From: Octopus sinensis
Lineage: Eukaryota
Reading direction: 5' to 3'
Assembly: GCF_006345805.1 (NCBI RefSeq)
Contig: NC_043004.1
Location: 7,378,001-7,442,000 of the forward strand
DNA length: 64,000 nucleotides
The notes under the pieces were generated by a model. That model did no database searches and was not told the DNA's origin. It saw only the letters and a list, made by a program, of their open reading frames with translations. Numbering within the stretch: position 1 is the first letter of the stretch; every line of letters starts with the position of its first letter. Of this stretch, positions 24,190-35,700 are shown one piece after another. The position numbers and the translations under genes were made by a program.

Positions 24190-24770
24190 ATGTACGTGTG
24201 CATGCGTAAGTACATTACAGACACGTGTACACACACATACCTGTACACACACAGACGATATATTTATAGTACAGTATATAAACATACGTATATACACACA
24301 CACACATATATATATAAATGCAGAGGTATATACACATACATACACATATCCATACATACAGACATACATATATACATACATATATGCATGCATACATACA
24401 TACATGTATACATACATATATACATACATATATGCATACATACATACATATATGCATGCATATATACATACACACATACATATATACATACATATATATA
24501 CACAAACACACATATATAAATGCAGAGGTATATACACATACATATATACATACACATATCCATACATACAGACATACATATATACATACATATATGCATG
24601 CATACATACATACATGTATACATACATATATACATACATATATGCATACATACATACATACATGCATACATATATGCATGCATACATACACACATACATA
24701 TATACATGTATGCATGCATACATATATACATACATATATGCATACATACATACATACAGACAGACAGATG
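24190..24770. repeat. Compound (CATA/TA) microsatellite with an internal duplication of about 200 bp
   Basis: Block TATATAAATGCAGAGGTATATACACATAC... occurs at about 24310 and about 24513. Confidence 0.9.
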
Positions 24771-25062
24771 CGTATATTCTTCCTTCATACATTGTTCCAT
24801 TAATTGGACTGGGGCCATGGAGGGACATCCCTTTCAAGGGGTTTAGGTGATCGATCATATTGATCCCTGTAAATATTTAAGTCTGCTGTTTATACAGTCG
24901 ATCTTTGTTTAATCGCCAGTTTACTGGACATGAAACTATACAAAATAAACAAAAAAACGGTGGTTTTTGACCAGAATCAGTATTTATCCAAACACACGCA
25001 CACACAAATATGCGCTCGCAAACGCGCATACGTAGGCAAACGTAGCCAACAAGCGAACAAAG

Positions 25063-25063
<1 letters not shown>

Positions 25064-25136
<73 letters not shown>

Positions 25137-25218
25137 CAGACAGACAGGTAGGAAGACAGAGACAGAAAGATAAATAGGTAGGTGGGTAGGTAGAGAGATA
25201 CAAAGAGAGAGAGAGAGT

Positions 25219-25286
<68 letters not shown>

Positions 25287-25290
25287 TGTA
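25064..25290. repeat. (GATA)n microsatellites
   Basis: Directly visible. Confidence 0.95.
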
Positions 25291-25330
25291 GGTAGGTAGA
25301 CAGATTATGCATTTACGCACACACGCCTAC

Positions 25331-25383
<53 letters not shown>

Positions 25384-25510
25384 ATATTCCTTATATATTT
25401 ACACTCGTGTCGTACATATATATATACACGAACATATACATACATGTATGTATATATATATATATATATAAATGTGTGTATATATATATATAAATGTGTG
25501 TGTGTGTGTA

Positions 25511-26007
25511 TCTATATATATAAAACTGTAGTTGTGTGAGTGTCTGTCTCCTACGATTTAGATTCCTAACTACTCCCACATTTTGCGGTGCAGTTTAACC
25601 AAATTCGGGTATCTTATAGTCGTGATTCATATCGAGCCCGTCTGGGTATTAGCGCGCGTCTACGATGAGTCTACGATTTAAAAAATAATTTAACCTCATT
25701 TTTTTCCATTTTAACGCATGTTTTTCGTGTGTTGGCGTCCATAGTCACACCTGCACCTGTGTTGCTTCTCCCCCTTCTTCCCTCCATCGTGAAGCTGTGG
25801 GGAAGGGAGTGTAAGGAAATCAACGTCGTAAAGCATTGTCAAGGAGACCAGCGTTCTTTTAGAACAACAACTTCATGGCTTGAAGACACCAAAATTACCA
25901 TCATTTTTTATTCCATTTTTAATGCATTTTTTTTGCTATAACTCACTAAAAATGCTTATATAGTTATTTCCCTTACAAACCCGAGCAACGCCGGGCGATA
26001 CTGCTAG
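25511..26007 (+). mobile_element. Non-autonomous Helitron (complete, 497 bp)
   Basis: A|TCTATATATATAAAACTG 5' end. 3' hairpin CCCGAGCAACGCCGGG plus CGATACTGCTAG|T. No TSD. Confidence 0.88.
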
Positions 26008-26194
26008 TATATATATATATATATATATATGTCCAATTTTTCGGCATATTTGGCATTAGAATTTTTTTCGTTTGCCCTTATTCATAAGTTGTTTATAATT
26101 TAACCTTTAAAGGTATTTTTTAATATGCTGGCCATTGATAAAAATTTTTTTCGAAAAAATTTTATCCTACATTAGATATATATATATATATATA

Positions 26195-27400
26195 TAGCAA
26201 ATAAATAACAAGGATGTCCAGGTATCAGTGCATTACGGCTGTTTCAAGCGGTTCCATTTAATTGATCAATGAAAAGATTACATCAATTTGAAAGAGACCG
26301 TACTCCTCAGAAGCAGATGACCGTATAGATTTCCATCATAAAAGATAAACCATTTTTAGCAAAATTTATATCAATACTAGAAACTAAAATTGTTTACACT
26401 GATATCCAGATATCTTTGTAAATTATTTGCCTTTCGTTCAACTAACTTGGAGCTGCGCGGATTATACCGATCTGGCTTGGTGCCTCAATTTAAGTACCTA
26501 ATCCAACTGAATCTTCATTCTATGCATGCATGTAGTTTAAACATGCAATTTGTAGCTTGTTTTCAATATTTTGAAAATTTCATTTCAGTTGTTCTTCTTT
26601 TTATATTTACGCTTTTAAGCATTTGAATCCATTTTCCTTACAAGGAGCCCGGAGATGTTATCAGACTCTCAAAGTTGCTCTGTCATATAAACAGATGTTA
26701 AGAACACCTCATTTAGTGTTTTGGTACCACAGACGCATCTTTCAATTCTGTGGGAGAAATGTTGCTTGTGATATTGACTTGAAAACGATCGACGAAATCT
26801 TAATGGCGATCCTTCAGGACTTTCCTCGGTTGGAATTTAGAAGCAAAAACATTCTCTGATTTGAACTGTTGCGCAATATTTAATGATGCCCCTGGCTTTC
26901 AAGAACACTATCTGCCGTGTTTTGACAAAAGTTTGCTTGATGTTTTTTTACTTGGTCATTACCTTTTGATGGGCAGCATATTTCAGTAAACAACACACTA
27001 GCATCGTCCTTTGCTGCTGGTTGTATATGAAGGTTTCATTAATGTTAGTTCTGTAAATATGGAAGTGGTGTGTTCTTACAGAGGAACAGTTCGTATGGAC
27101 CATTACTTTTTATTGCTGAAATGGGTTTTTTTGTAAGGATTTCACCCTCAAACCTGATTTTGTATAATAATTTCTTTTCCATCTCGTTCTGATTGTATCC
27201 ATTTCTCTCTTCCCAGCTGTCACGCCTTTGAGATTTTACTGAGTCAAAGGTGCGGGGGTGGAGAGGATGCCTGCTTCATTTCGCTTCTGCCCGGGGAACT
27301 TGAACCGGAGAGAAGACGTGGTGTATACTGGTATCCAGTCACACTCAACTGCGCCTGACGACCGAATTCTATATAAAGAGACAAATTTATAAAGTGACAA
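26195..27400 (-). mobile_element. Decayed Penelope-like element (degenerate ORF region plus 3' hammerhead motif)
   Basis: The minus strand has long, stop-riddled protein-like stretches (MEKKLLYKIRFEGEILTKKP..., IEAPSQIGIIRAAPS*LNER) followed by a hammerhead-like motif, and abuts (TA)n. The class is inferred mainly from the ribozyme motif. Confidence 0.45.
26229..26316 (-). ncRNA. Degenerate minimal type I hammerhead ribozyme motif
   Basis: TGCTT-CTGAGGA-[stem II with CGGT/ACCG and AATTGAT/ATCAATT]-GAAAC-AGCC-GTA-ATGCA. Stem I pairs 4 of 5. Stem III is a near-palindrome (ACAGCCGT). Confidence 0.55.
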
Positions 27401-28759
27401 TATTTAGCGAAGCAGTACTCATGTGACTCTGTCTACCACCTGGTTATCTGAAGCCGTGTGCATCCCCTACTCTAAGTTGTGATAGACGCGTGATGGGCTT
27501 GAAGGGACCAGTAAAAAAAAAAAAAAAGAGATGAGGAAGGAGACAAAGAGAAAGAGAAACTGTGAAATGAGCAAAAGCAGTTCTGATTGCTTAATTTTTT
27601 CATAACCAGTTTGTTACTCGTTCACTCTCTCTCTCCCTTTCTCCTCCCCTGTCTGCCTATTTGCCCCTCTCTCTATTGAAATAAACACTCTTCCTAACAG
27701 TGACCATAGGAATCATTGTGTGTTGTTCAAGCCAACGAGTTAACCTCTACGCGGATGCTTGAATCGGTTAGAAACAGCAGTCACATTTGCCCCCTCAAAT
27801 AAAATTCTGCCCTCATAAAAGGAAAGGACGTATTTGATAATATAAGGTTAGTCCACATTACTTCGTAAGGAGTACAGGGCCGATTTCCCGCTTTCTCTGG
27901 GCGTATATATTATATATATATTCCCCACCTGGTCGGGACGCCAGTCCGTTGCCGGATTACTGTTTTTTTCCAGCTGAGTGCACTGGAGCAACGTGGAAAA
28001 GTCCTAGGTATATCATGTGTGAATAAAAGATTCGATAGTCAAATCCCTTCAGTGACTTATATACAAAAGTGTTCAACTTATATGAAAACGAAATAAAATA
28101 AACAGAGGGCAGCTGCTTTTCCGCTGGGACACGAGTGTGTGAAAACAGTATTCTCCAAATATCAAACAAATGACATCTACAGACGTAATCAATACTACTC
28201 CGTCTTCCTCTCCTCCAAAATGTTATAATTTTCGAAACACCGGACATCCTGGCTGCAATATATAGAATTACACAATTCAGAAGCAGGCTTTAAGAAATCT
28301 CTTCGTCAATGCCTCGAAGGAGTGTCAACTAGAAAAAGAAAAGGGGGGGTGAAAAATATCCCTAAAAGTGTATTATATACCAGAACATTTTCTGTTCCAC
28401 TCTACCGTACCAGTTCAAAGAAAAAAAAGTAGCTGGTGGTAAATTGCTCTATTCATTTACCTGTTCCATCACAGCATCTACATCACTCCGGTGTTTGGGA
28501 AGAGAGTTCAGACAAAGGCCATACACTTGTAACTCCCTTATCGTCTTTAAGAAACAAAATATAAGAATTGAGACACTTAATTTATTGAATAAATTATATG
28601 ATAAGCTTTGGTTGATGTGATTGCCTCAAGGGCAGCCCTTTTCTTAAACCTCATCTGGCCCTGTTCTTTCAACAAGATATCAGAACAAATCAACAATAAA
28701 TAAGATCCCATAACCATCAAACGAGGCATGCAAGTGTTTCGGTCAACCAACTCCCTATT

Positions 28760-28990
28760 CCTTACTCCAAAATATGACTTAGATGAGGTCACCAAGTGGC
28801 GGTGTTTCAGACGGCCTGCGCCAAAAGATGGCCGGTAACTTTACATATAATTACAAGTCATTTACATATGTGCGCATACAATTCCACCGTCACACACATC
28901 ATATGCATGAAATAACTGAAAGTTGTTTCCCTTCTGTAGACATTTTGCCGACTTTTAAAAAATGACGCGGTAGCTGCTGATTTGAAAATA
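28760..28990 (+). promoter_or_regulatory. Putative proximal promoter
   Basis: Repeat-free, CpG-containing segment with YY1-like AAGATGGCCG, TGAGGTCA half-site, TTACATAT repeats, GTGCGCAT and TGACGC. Directly precedes a long purine-rich UTR-like stretch. Confidence 0.35.
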
Positions 28991-30076
28991 GTTGGCTGAG
29001 AGCCGAGTGGAGTAAGAAGTTGGAGTAGAGTAGGGCTCGGAGTGGAGTGTGTAGCGATAGACGAAGGAAGGTAGGAGACAAGATAAGCAAAAAAAGTCAG
29101 TCATTATGTTGACTGTTTTAGAAATATAGTGAAACAGAACAGAAACGTTGACGATAGTTATTTGTAAATTGAGAAAGATAAGATATTAATTCGTAAAGTT
29201 AGGTAGAGAGAGAGAGAGAGAGTGTTTGGTAGTTTGGAGATAGAGTGAGAGGAGCGTTAAAAAGAAAGAGAGAGAGTGTTTAGTACAGAAGTGGGCTAAA
29301 AAAATATTGTGGAGAGAGTGAAATAAACTACTTAGTAATTAGAGTTTGAGTAAGAGGGGTGTTAATCAGAGAGAGAAAATTGCTTTGTAATTAAGAGTTG
29401 TGTTAAAGAAGAGAGAGGGGGAGAGAACTGCACACACACATATACACACACGCGCGCACAGAGATAGTGTGAGAGAAAAAAGTGGTGTGAAAAAAGGAAT
29501 AGCGAAGGTAGTGGTATTTAAAGGAAGACAGAAAGAAAGAAGTAAGAGAGGAAGTTGACGAATAACAACCAACAGCAGCAGCAATAATAATAAGGCATGT
29601 GAAATGAAAGAGGAGAGAGAGGGTTATAGAAGAAGAAGAAGAAAGAATAATTAGAGAAGAAACGAGAGCGAGAAGGAGTGATGCTGCCAGATGAACAACT
29701 GTTTTGGCTTTAGAGACAAATGAGAACAAGTTAAACAAACTCTTTGAGTTAATTTATTGTTGTTCTTCCCCATCTGGTTGACATTACAGTTCAACTTCAC
29801 TCACATCTGATGATAATGAGTTTAATTAATTCATCAGAAGAATTGTTTACTTCTGAAACTTAATATTTAATCAACTTGATATTAGTTATAATTACAGTAA
29901 TTAACATTTTTATTATTCTCTGAGTAATTTTTTTTTATTTAGAAATCTAACTTTTATTGCCAACTGTCTGTTTTCTTTATATCTTTCTCCCGTTTGTGTT
30001 GTAATTAATTGTGCTGTGACTTTGGGAGATTTAAAAAAAAAGATAAGGAAAACTGGACACTCTTTAACTTATTACC

Positions 30077-30101
30077 ATGTCGCCCGACAACAGCATACAA
30101 G
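30077..30101 (+). CDS. Candidate first coding exon MSPDNSIQ(G) of an unidentified gene
   Basis: Strong Kozak context ACCATG, 25 coding nt, then consensus donor AAG|GTAAGA (phase 1). Lies after about 1.1 kb of TE-free UTR-like sequence. Confidence 0.45.
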
Positions 30102-30586
30102 GTAAGAATTTATTGATATTTTCTCCATTGCTGTTTATATTGCACGTAAAGATGATAACAAGAATGTTAAGAGTTGTTAAAATGAATGATAACAACATTG
30201 GTGGTGGTTGCCGTTTTAGAAGAAATAATGGTGACGAGCATCGCAGACACAATATTATAAGGTAAACTACCGATCCGATTCGGTTTCGAATCCCCGCTGG
30301 AACTAGCCATTTCGCTCATATTGTTGTTATTAATCACACTGGGAAAGACATGCCACATTACATCTTTCCATTTATATTTTAGAGCCTTGTGCCAATGTAA
30401 GAAATCGGTAATAATGGTAATTTCTTGGCAACCAAAGTTGAATTTCTGCCTGCATCCTTTCTCATATATGTTTATATAGAATGCCTGTTTGTGTGCGTGT
30501 ATATATAATGTATATATATATAACACATATATATAACATGATATATATATATATAAACACATGATATATATATATTTATAAACACA

Positions 30587-30625
<39 letters not shown>

Positions 30626-31744
30626 GGTATGTTCGATCTAAGTCCTTACTTGACTCTGTTTTCCACGTTTTCTCTCATCAATTCTTATTAATGTTCTCTG
30701 TTCTTTGCTTTCTCGAAACGATTCGTTCTCACACGAAAAGTTATATCTTTTTATTGTTGACCATACCACTATCACCATCAGACCTATTTTTCTTAGTTTA
30801 TTAAACTAATTTCAAACTTTTAAACAACCAAAACAATTCTCACTGCAAGAAAGTAAGAAAAAAAAGACGGTTCAAAAGTTCTGCTTTTATTCCTTCATGT
30901 TAGAAGCAACCTTTCTTAGTTGCTGTTTGTTTTTCTACAAATTTCCCTAAGTTGCAACTAGCATTAATTAAAAAATGCTGTGTCTATTATGCTTTTGTTA
31001 TATATAAATGCATTTAATAATTACATTGAATTATTCTTCATTCAGCTGTTAAATAGGTTGTAAGACCAGTTCTGATATGGTTTCGATTTCTTGTTCCAAC
31101 TTCGTTGCTCTTACATAATAATGTCCCTGAAATAAAGGCATGATTGTCACCTATTCTCGTTTTATTATAAAACACCACTTTCACTCTATGTAAACAATAT
31201 CTTGTTTCTACCTTAGTAGCAATAAGTGTATTTCTTCCATAGACTCTCACATAACACGAATAGTTGTCACATTTTTTCCTCAAGTCCCCAAGTGGTTCTT
31301 TTATGGAGCATGAATGTCACAACATCTCATTTCTGCTCATAACTTCGAAATTGATTTAACAACTGGATAGTATATATTTTATAATTAACAACTGCATTCC
31401 TTTGTCGAAGGAATGCTTTATCAACTGCACATTAATTATAGGTAATTAATTGTTAAATACTTTACGCGTAGTTGAGTGAGAAAGAGAGAGAGCTGGTTTA
31501 ATTGATATACTGTAATTTAGGATCAAATCCCATAACAGTCGCTGTTGCCTTTCAGTCTTCCTGGGTCGGTTAAAGAAGAATTAGATATGTTACACTGGCG
31601 GCCACTTCGGCGAGTCTTTCTATACACTTTGGCCCTAAATATACATGATCATAAATATCGTCATTAATGTTTTGAAGCAATTATTGATTTATTGTTTTTG
31701 AAATTTCGGTTTGTGTAATGAGTTCTTACGACTGTAAGGTAAAG

Positions 31745-32140
31745 AATCCCTGGTTAATTCTATTGAAAGGAGCCTCTACCTGGAAGCTCGACCTGCTAAA
31801 AATTGCAACTAGTTCTTCCTCAAATCATACCCTGTTGTCTTCAATAAAGGCGACATTCGACAATATGAAACCTGCTATATATAAAAAAAAGACGAGACTG
31901 TCATAACTGGAACACCTTTGCTTAAAATCTGTTCGCTCTGGGTTGACCTTTGTTACAGAACAACCTGTCTATGCAAGTTGCTTAATCTGCTAGAAATAGC
32001 AGCCAAAACTTTTTCTACCCACAGTCTACAGTATTTTAAGACGTATTGGATAAGATAGACCTAGATCCACTGAATAAAAGACGTGAGGTCAAGGCTGGAA
32101 TGTCTTTGATCAGAGTTGACCTGTGGTTAAACAACCACCA
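31745..32140 (+). mobile_element. Two copies of a diverged interspersed repeat (motif CTAGAAATAGCAGCCAAATCTCCC)
   Basis: The same motif recurs at about 3870, 16240, 34700, 37345, 37900, 49430, 50130, 51545, 54690, 57750 and 59790. Probably an old SINE family. Confidence 0.6.
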
Positions 32141-32974
32141 CCGCAACTTAAATAACAGAGAACAAAGTGTGTCCCAAAAGTAAACAAATGACAGTCTTAA
32201 ATGTGATAATATCTCGAGATATATTCCATTTTGGAGTATTTATCTTGATTGAGATTACATTGAATCAAAGTTTTTATCCAGACTTTATCAAAGTTTGTAA
32301 CACGTTTTTGCCATTCTGTTATCACCATCAGCAATCAATGTTATTAATCATCGTCGATCGAATTATTGATTAAAGTTTGAAATTTTGCTTTATAATGTCG
32401 GAAATCTTTGCTTTACTTTTCACCACAACATAAACATGAAGTATTTTTGCTTCACTCCACGGATTTCTTTATTTACCATCTTTTTTATATTGATTTAAAT
32501 CACAGTTTGAGTTCATCTTCATCACATACACACACGCAAGCACTCACAAAATGTGATATTTTCATGTTTTTGTTGTTATTTCTATAAATTTTGTTATAAC
32601 ATTTGGCACACAAATAAATGTAAAAGACAAAATATTACTTCCACTGTTCTTTAATATGAACACATGTGCTTGATAGCATTTAGATGCACAAGCAGCAGCT
32701 TATTGCATCACTGCATGTGCAGAAAGTACAAAATCACGAAAGCTACGCGGCTTTTTTTTTTATAAAATTCTCTTTTATCAACAAAGTTGTTCTTTTTTTT
32801 TTAAATATATATTAACTTTCCGCTTTTTTAATGATAATTATTGCCATCGAAATAAATATAAAGGAAATATAAGATATTTAAGCCTTGCTAAATCTCTGTC
32901 TTTGTTCATATTTTCGCTTCTTCCTCTCCCATCCCATCTGTCCCATCCCAACCATTTCTGCATCTCACTCCCAG

Positions 32975-32996
32975 GCAGCAGCAAAGATGCTGCTAG
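32975..32996 (+). other. Candidate micro-exon (22 nt) behind a YCAY-rich pyrimidine tract
   Basis: Tract of about 70 nt with repeated CCAT and TGC, ending CCCAG. The donor AG|GTTGCA is weak. Confidence 0.2.
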
Positions 32997-33119
32997 GTTG
33001 CATAATACACATTGCCCTTTGTTAAAACTGTTTCGACGTTGGGGCCCTATTCAAATAACCACATAAGATATTGTCAATTGAATCACATTTCGTCCTTCAT
33101 TCAGCAAGTATTTCATTTA

Positions 33120-33339
33120 CGAGGCGGGTGCTGAAAAGTTTTCTGGCTTTGGGTTTAAGAAAACACAGGAGGATCAGTTAATTATGATTTTATTCGACAT
33201 GTTCCCACCTCAGATTCACACATGCTTATTGCAGTGGTCTCTTTGTTTTTTTAAGTCCTGTAAAAGAACTCGCAAGATGGGAATCCAGCCAGGCCTTTCG
33301 CGATACCCTTAAAGCCAGGAACTTTACAGCAGCCCCTCG
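33120..33339. mobile_element. Mariner-derived MITE
   Basis: TA|CGAGGCGGGTGCTGAAAAGTTTTCTGGCTTT ... AAAGCCAGGAACTTTACAGCAGCCCCTCG|TA. The interior resembles a mariner C-terminus on the minus strand. Confidence 0.8.
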
Positions 33340-33509
33340 TAGGTTTGGAAGGACGAAAGTTGGAGTGGTGACCCCAGTAGAAATCTGAAATATGCTAATA
33401 AAAGCAACAAGAACTTGTATTTTGTAAGACATTAAACTCTAACGCAAGACAATAATGAATTCTATCAGTTGAACCAGTAGTTATCTCTTGATATTAAAAC
33501 CGAACATAA

Positions 33510-33728
33510 GGCGGCGAGCTGGCAGAAACGTTAGCACGCTGGACGAAATGCCTAGTGGTATTTCGTCTGCCGCTACGTTCTGAGTTCAAATTCCGCCGAG
33601 GTCGACTTTGCCTTTCATCCTTTCGGGGTCGATTAAATAAGTACCAGTTACGCACTGGTGTCGATGTAATCGACTTAATCCCTTTGTCTGTCCTTGTTTG
33701 TCTCCTTGTGGGTAGTAAAGAAACAGGT
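33510..33728 (+). mobile_element. SINE family A, full length
   Basis: Complete copy. TSD-like TATTAAAACC on both sides. Confidence 0.92.
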
Positions 33729-34044
33729 ATTAAAACCAACGCATATCTGATCACTGTCATTTTGGTTATGACCTCTGAAAAAAATAATTGCGATCTCAGC
33801 CTCGATGGAACTCAGACAGTGTACAATAAAGATTGAACTTTGTAAGAGGAAGGTTAGGGTTAGTTGACTTCGAGATTCCACTATTTCATTCACTGGTAAA
33901 TTATTTTGTGTAACCTATAAAATGACAGACAGTTGATCTCAGATTTAAACACACAGCATAAATGAACATCTAAATATCTCGAAACATTTTAATTCATTGT
34001 TTTCTTGCTTTCCACTATTCACTGGCCTCATCTTCTGTCTCCAG

Positions 34045-34061
34045 CACTCTACAATAAACAA
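34045..34061 (+). other. Candidate exon start (17-nt micro-exon, or a longer exon to donors at 34211 or 34258)
   Basis: Long pyrimidine tract ending TCTGTCTCCAG. Donors AA|GTAGAT, TC|GTGAGT and AG|GTGAGC downstream. The 17-nt form extends exon 1 in frame (ALYNKQ). Confidence 0.25.
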
Positions 34062-34307
34062 GTAGATTTAATGTTCTAAATATAATCCAATAAGTTAATC
34101 CTTTCGTGAAGTACAGAGTTTTATTGGACTGGATGTTGAGCCCTGTTTCTGAAGTGCTAAGTGGTTGCAGGATAATCCACTTATCACTCGAGATTAAGAT
34201 GCTTGTCTTTCGTGAGTACCTTACAAAAACAGCACCCAATAACTTATTCTCCGGCCAGGTGAGCTGAGATAGTCCTCTAAAAGATAAAAATTAAATGAAA
34301 GTGAAAG

Positions 34308-34620
34308 GCTGTGTGGTAAGTAGCTTGCTTACCAGCCACATGGTTCCGGGTTCAGTCCCACTGTGTGGCACCTTGGGCAAGTGTCTTCTACTATAGCCTC
34401 AGGCTGACCAAAGCCTTGTGAGCGGATTTGGTAGACGGAAACTGAAAGAAGCCCGTCGTATAAATAAATAAAAAAAATATGTATGTTTGTGTGTCTGTGT
34501 TTGTTCCCGCAACATCGCTTGACAACCGATGCTGGCGTGTTTACGTCCCCGTAACTTAGTGGTTCGGCAAAGGACACCGATAGAATAAGTACTAGGCTTA
34601 CAAAGAATAAGTCCTGGGGT
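34308..34620 (+). mobile_element. SINE family B
   Basis: High similarity to the other copies. Confidence 0.9.
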
Positions 34621-35242
34621 AAAAGAGTAAAGCGTTCTTATATTAAATCAAACTCCTGGTTCACTTCTATAAGCCTTAGCATCGCCACCAGTCACTCGAC
34701 TTGCCTAGAAATGGCAGCTAAATTTCTATCAAATGACACCCCATCTCTGTCTTTAGAAATAGGAAGATACATTTTCTAATGTGCAGAAAAACATTACCTT
34801 TGGTTGATATACATCAATATCTATCAGTGTATAACTGAAGTTTACAGCAGTAGTTGTAGCTAGAGCTTGTCCCAGTCTGGGAAAACCGCTCTCCCCTGCA
34901 CTTATTGGAAATTCAGTGGCTTTTAGGCTTTTTCACTTGCATTCGCCCTTAACAGCACCAAGAAGATTGATTCAGGATTCCCAGCCGTTGTCTCGCCATC
35001 TTGAAGGAACCACCGAGACACTGGAGTGGCTATCAATCGATTAAATTGACCCCTGTATTTAACTGGTACTTTATTTTAATTGTCTCTGAAAGGATGGAAG
35101 GCAAAACTGATCACACCAGGACCTTAAACTCAGAATATAAATTACCAGAACAAAGTATTTTGTCTGACGCACCAGTAATTGTCAAATCTCCCATCATAAG
35201 GCCACTTGTTCAATCTTCATTGACCTCAGTTTAAAATTACTA

Positions 35243-35468
35243 TTGGGTTGTCCGGAAAGTTTGTGCCGATTTTTAAAGGAAAGAAAAAGGTCAATAAATA
35301 CTTGCCATTCCATTTTTAATCAACCAAATATGAACCATTTTGTTGCACAATGCGTCTCCATCTTTCCTTTAACTTGAAAATACCCTCTTCCCAGAACTGA
35401 GGTGCCTGGGAGGGTAAGTCGAAAGGTAAGCTACTATATAATCGGCACAAACTTTCTGTACAACACAA
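35243..35468. mobile_element. Internally deleted mariner (MITE)
   Basis: TA|TTGGGTTGTCCGGAAAGTTTGTGCCGATT ... AATCGGCACAAACTTTCTGTACAACACAA|TA. The minus strand encodes FWEEGIFKLKERWRRIVQQNGSY, a mariner C-terminus. Confidence 0.88.
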
Positions 35469-35474
35469 TATTAA

Positions 35475-35700
35475 TAGCTATAGGCAGAAATACGAGAAGA
35501 CACAGCCTGAAATTGGAAAGATCACACTGCAGGCTCAACATTAGCAGCTGCTTTTTCATATAGCATGTGGCTGCCACCTGGAACAGTCTGCCAAACAGTG
35601 TGGTCGCAGCTCCATCAGTTAATGCCTTCAAGAACAGGCTTGATGTACACTAGAGGGAGCTTCCTGCAAAATTTGACCCTGTCTGTTACTATTAGTTACA
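35475..35700 (+). mobile_element. CR1-like LINE 3' end
   Basis: NTRRHSLKLERSHCRLNISSCFFI*HVAATWNSLPNSVVAAPSVNAFKNRLD. Confidence 0.85.

Noticed and set aside
24100-24858. Long ORFs (up to 252 aa) rich in Y/I/H/M/C/V
   Set aside because: They are translations of (CATA)/(TA)/(CA) microsatellites. The same applies to most ORF-track entries.
30167-30625. 152-aa minus-strand ORF
   Set aside because: It starts in (TA)n and the remainder is low-complexity antisense of the putative first intron.
31038-31283. Minus-strand two-exon model (...NTLIATK|GHYYVRATKLEQEIE...)
   Set aside because: In-frame stop just upstream, no recognisable homology, and no supporting neighbouring exons.
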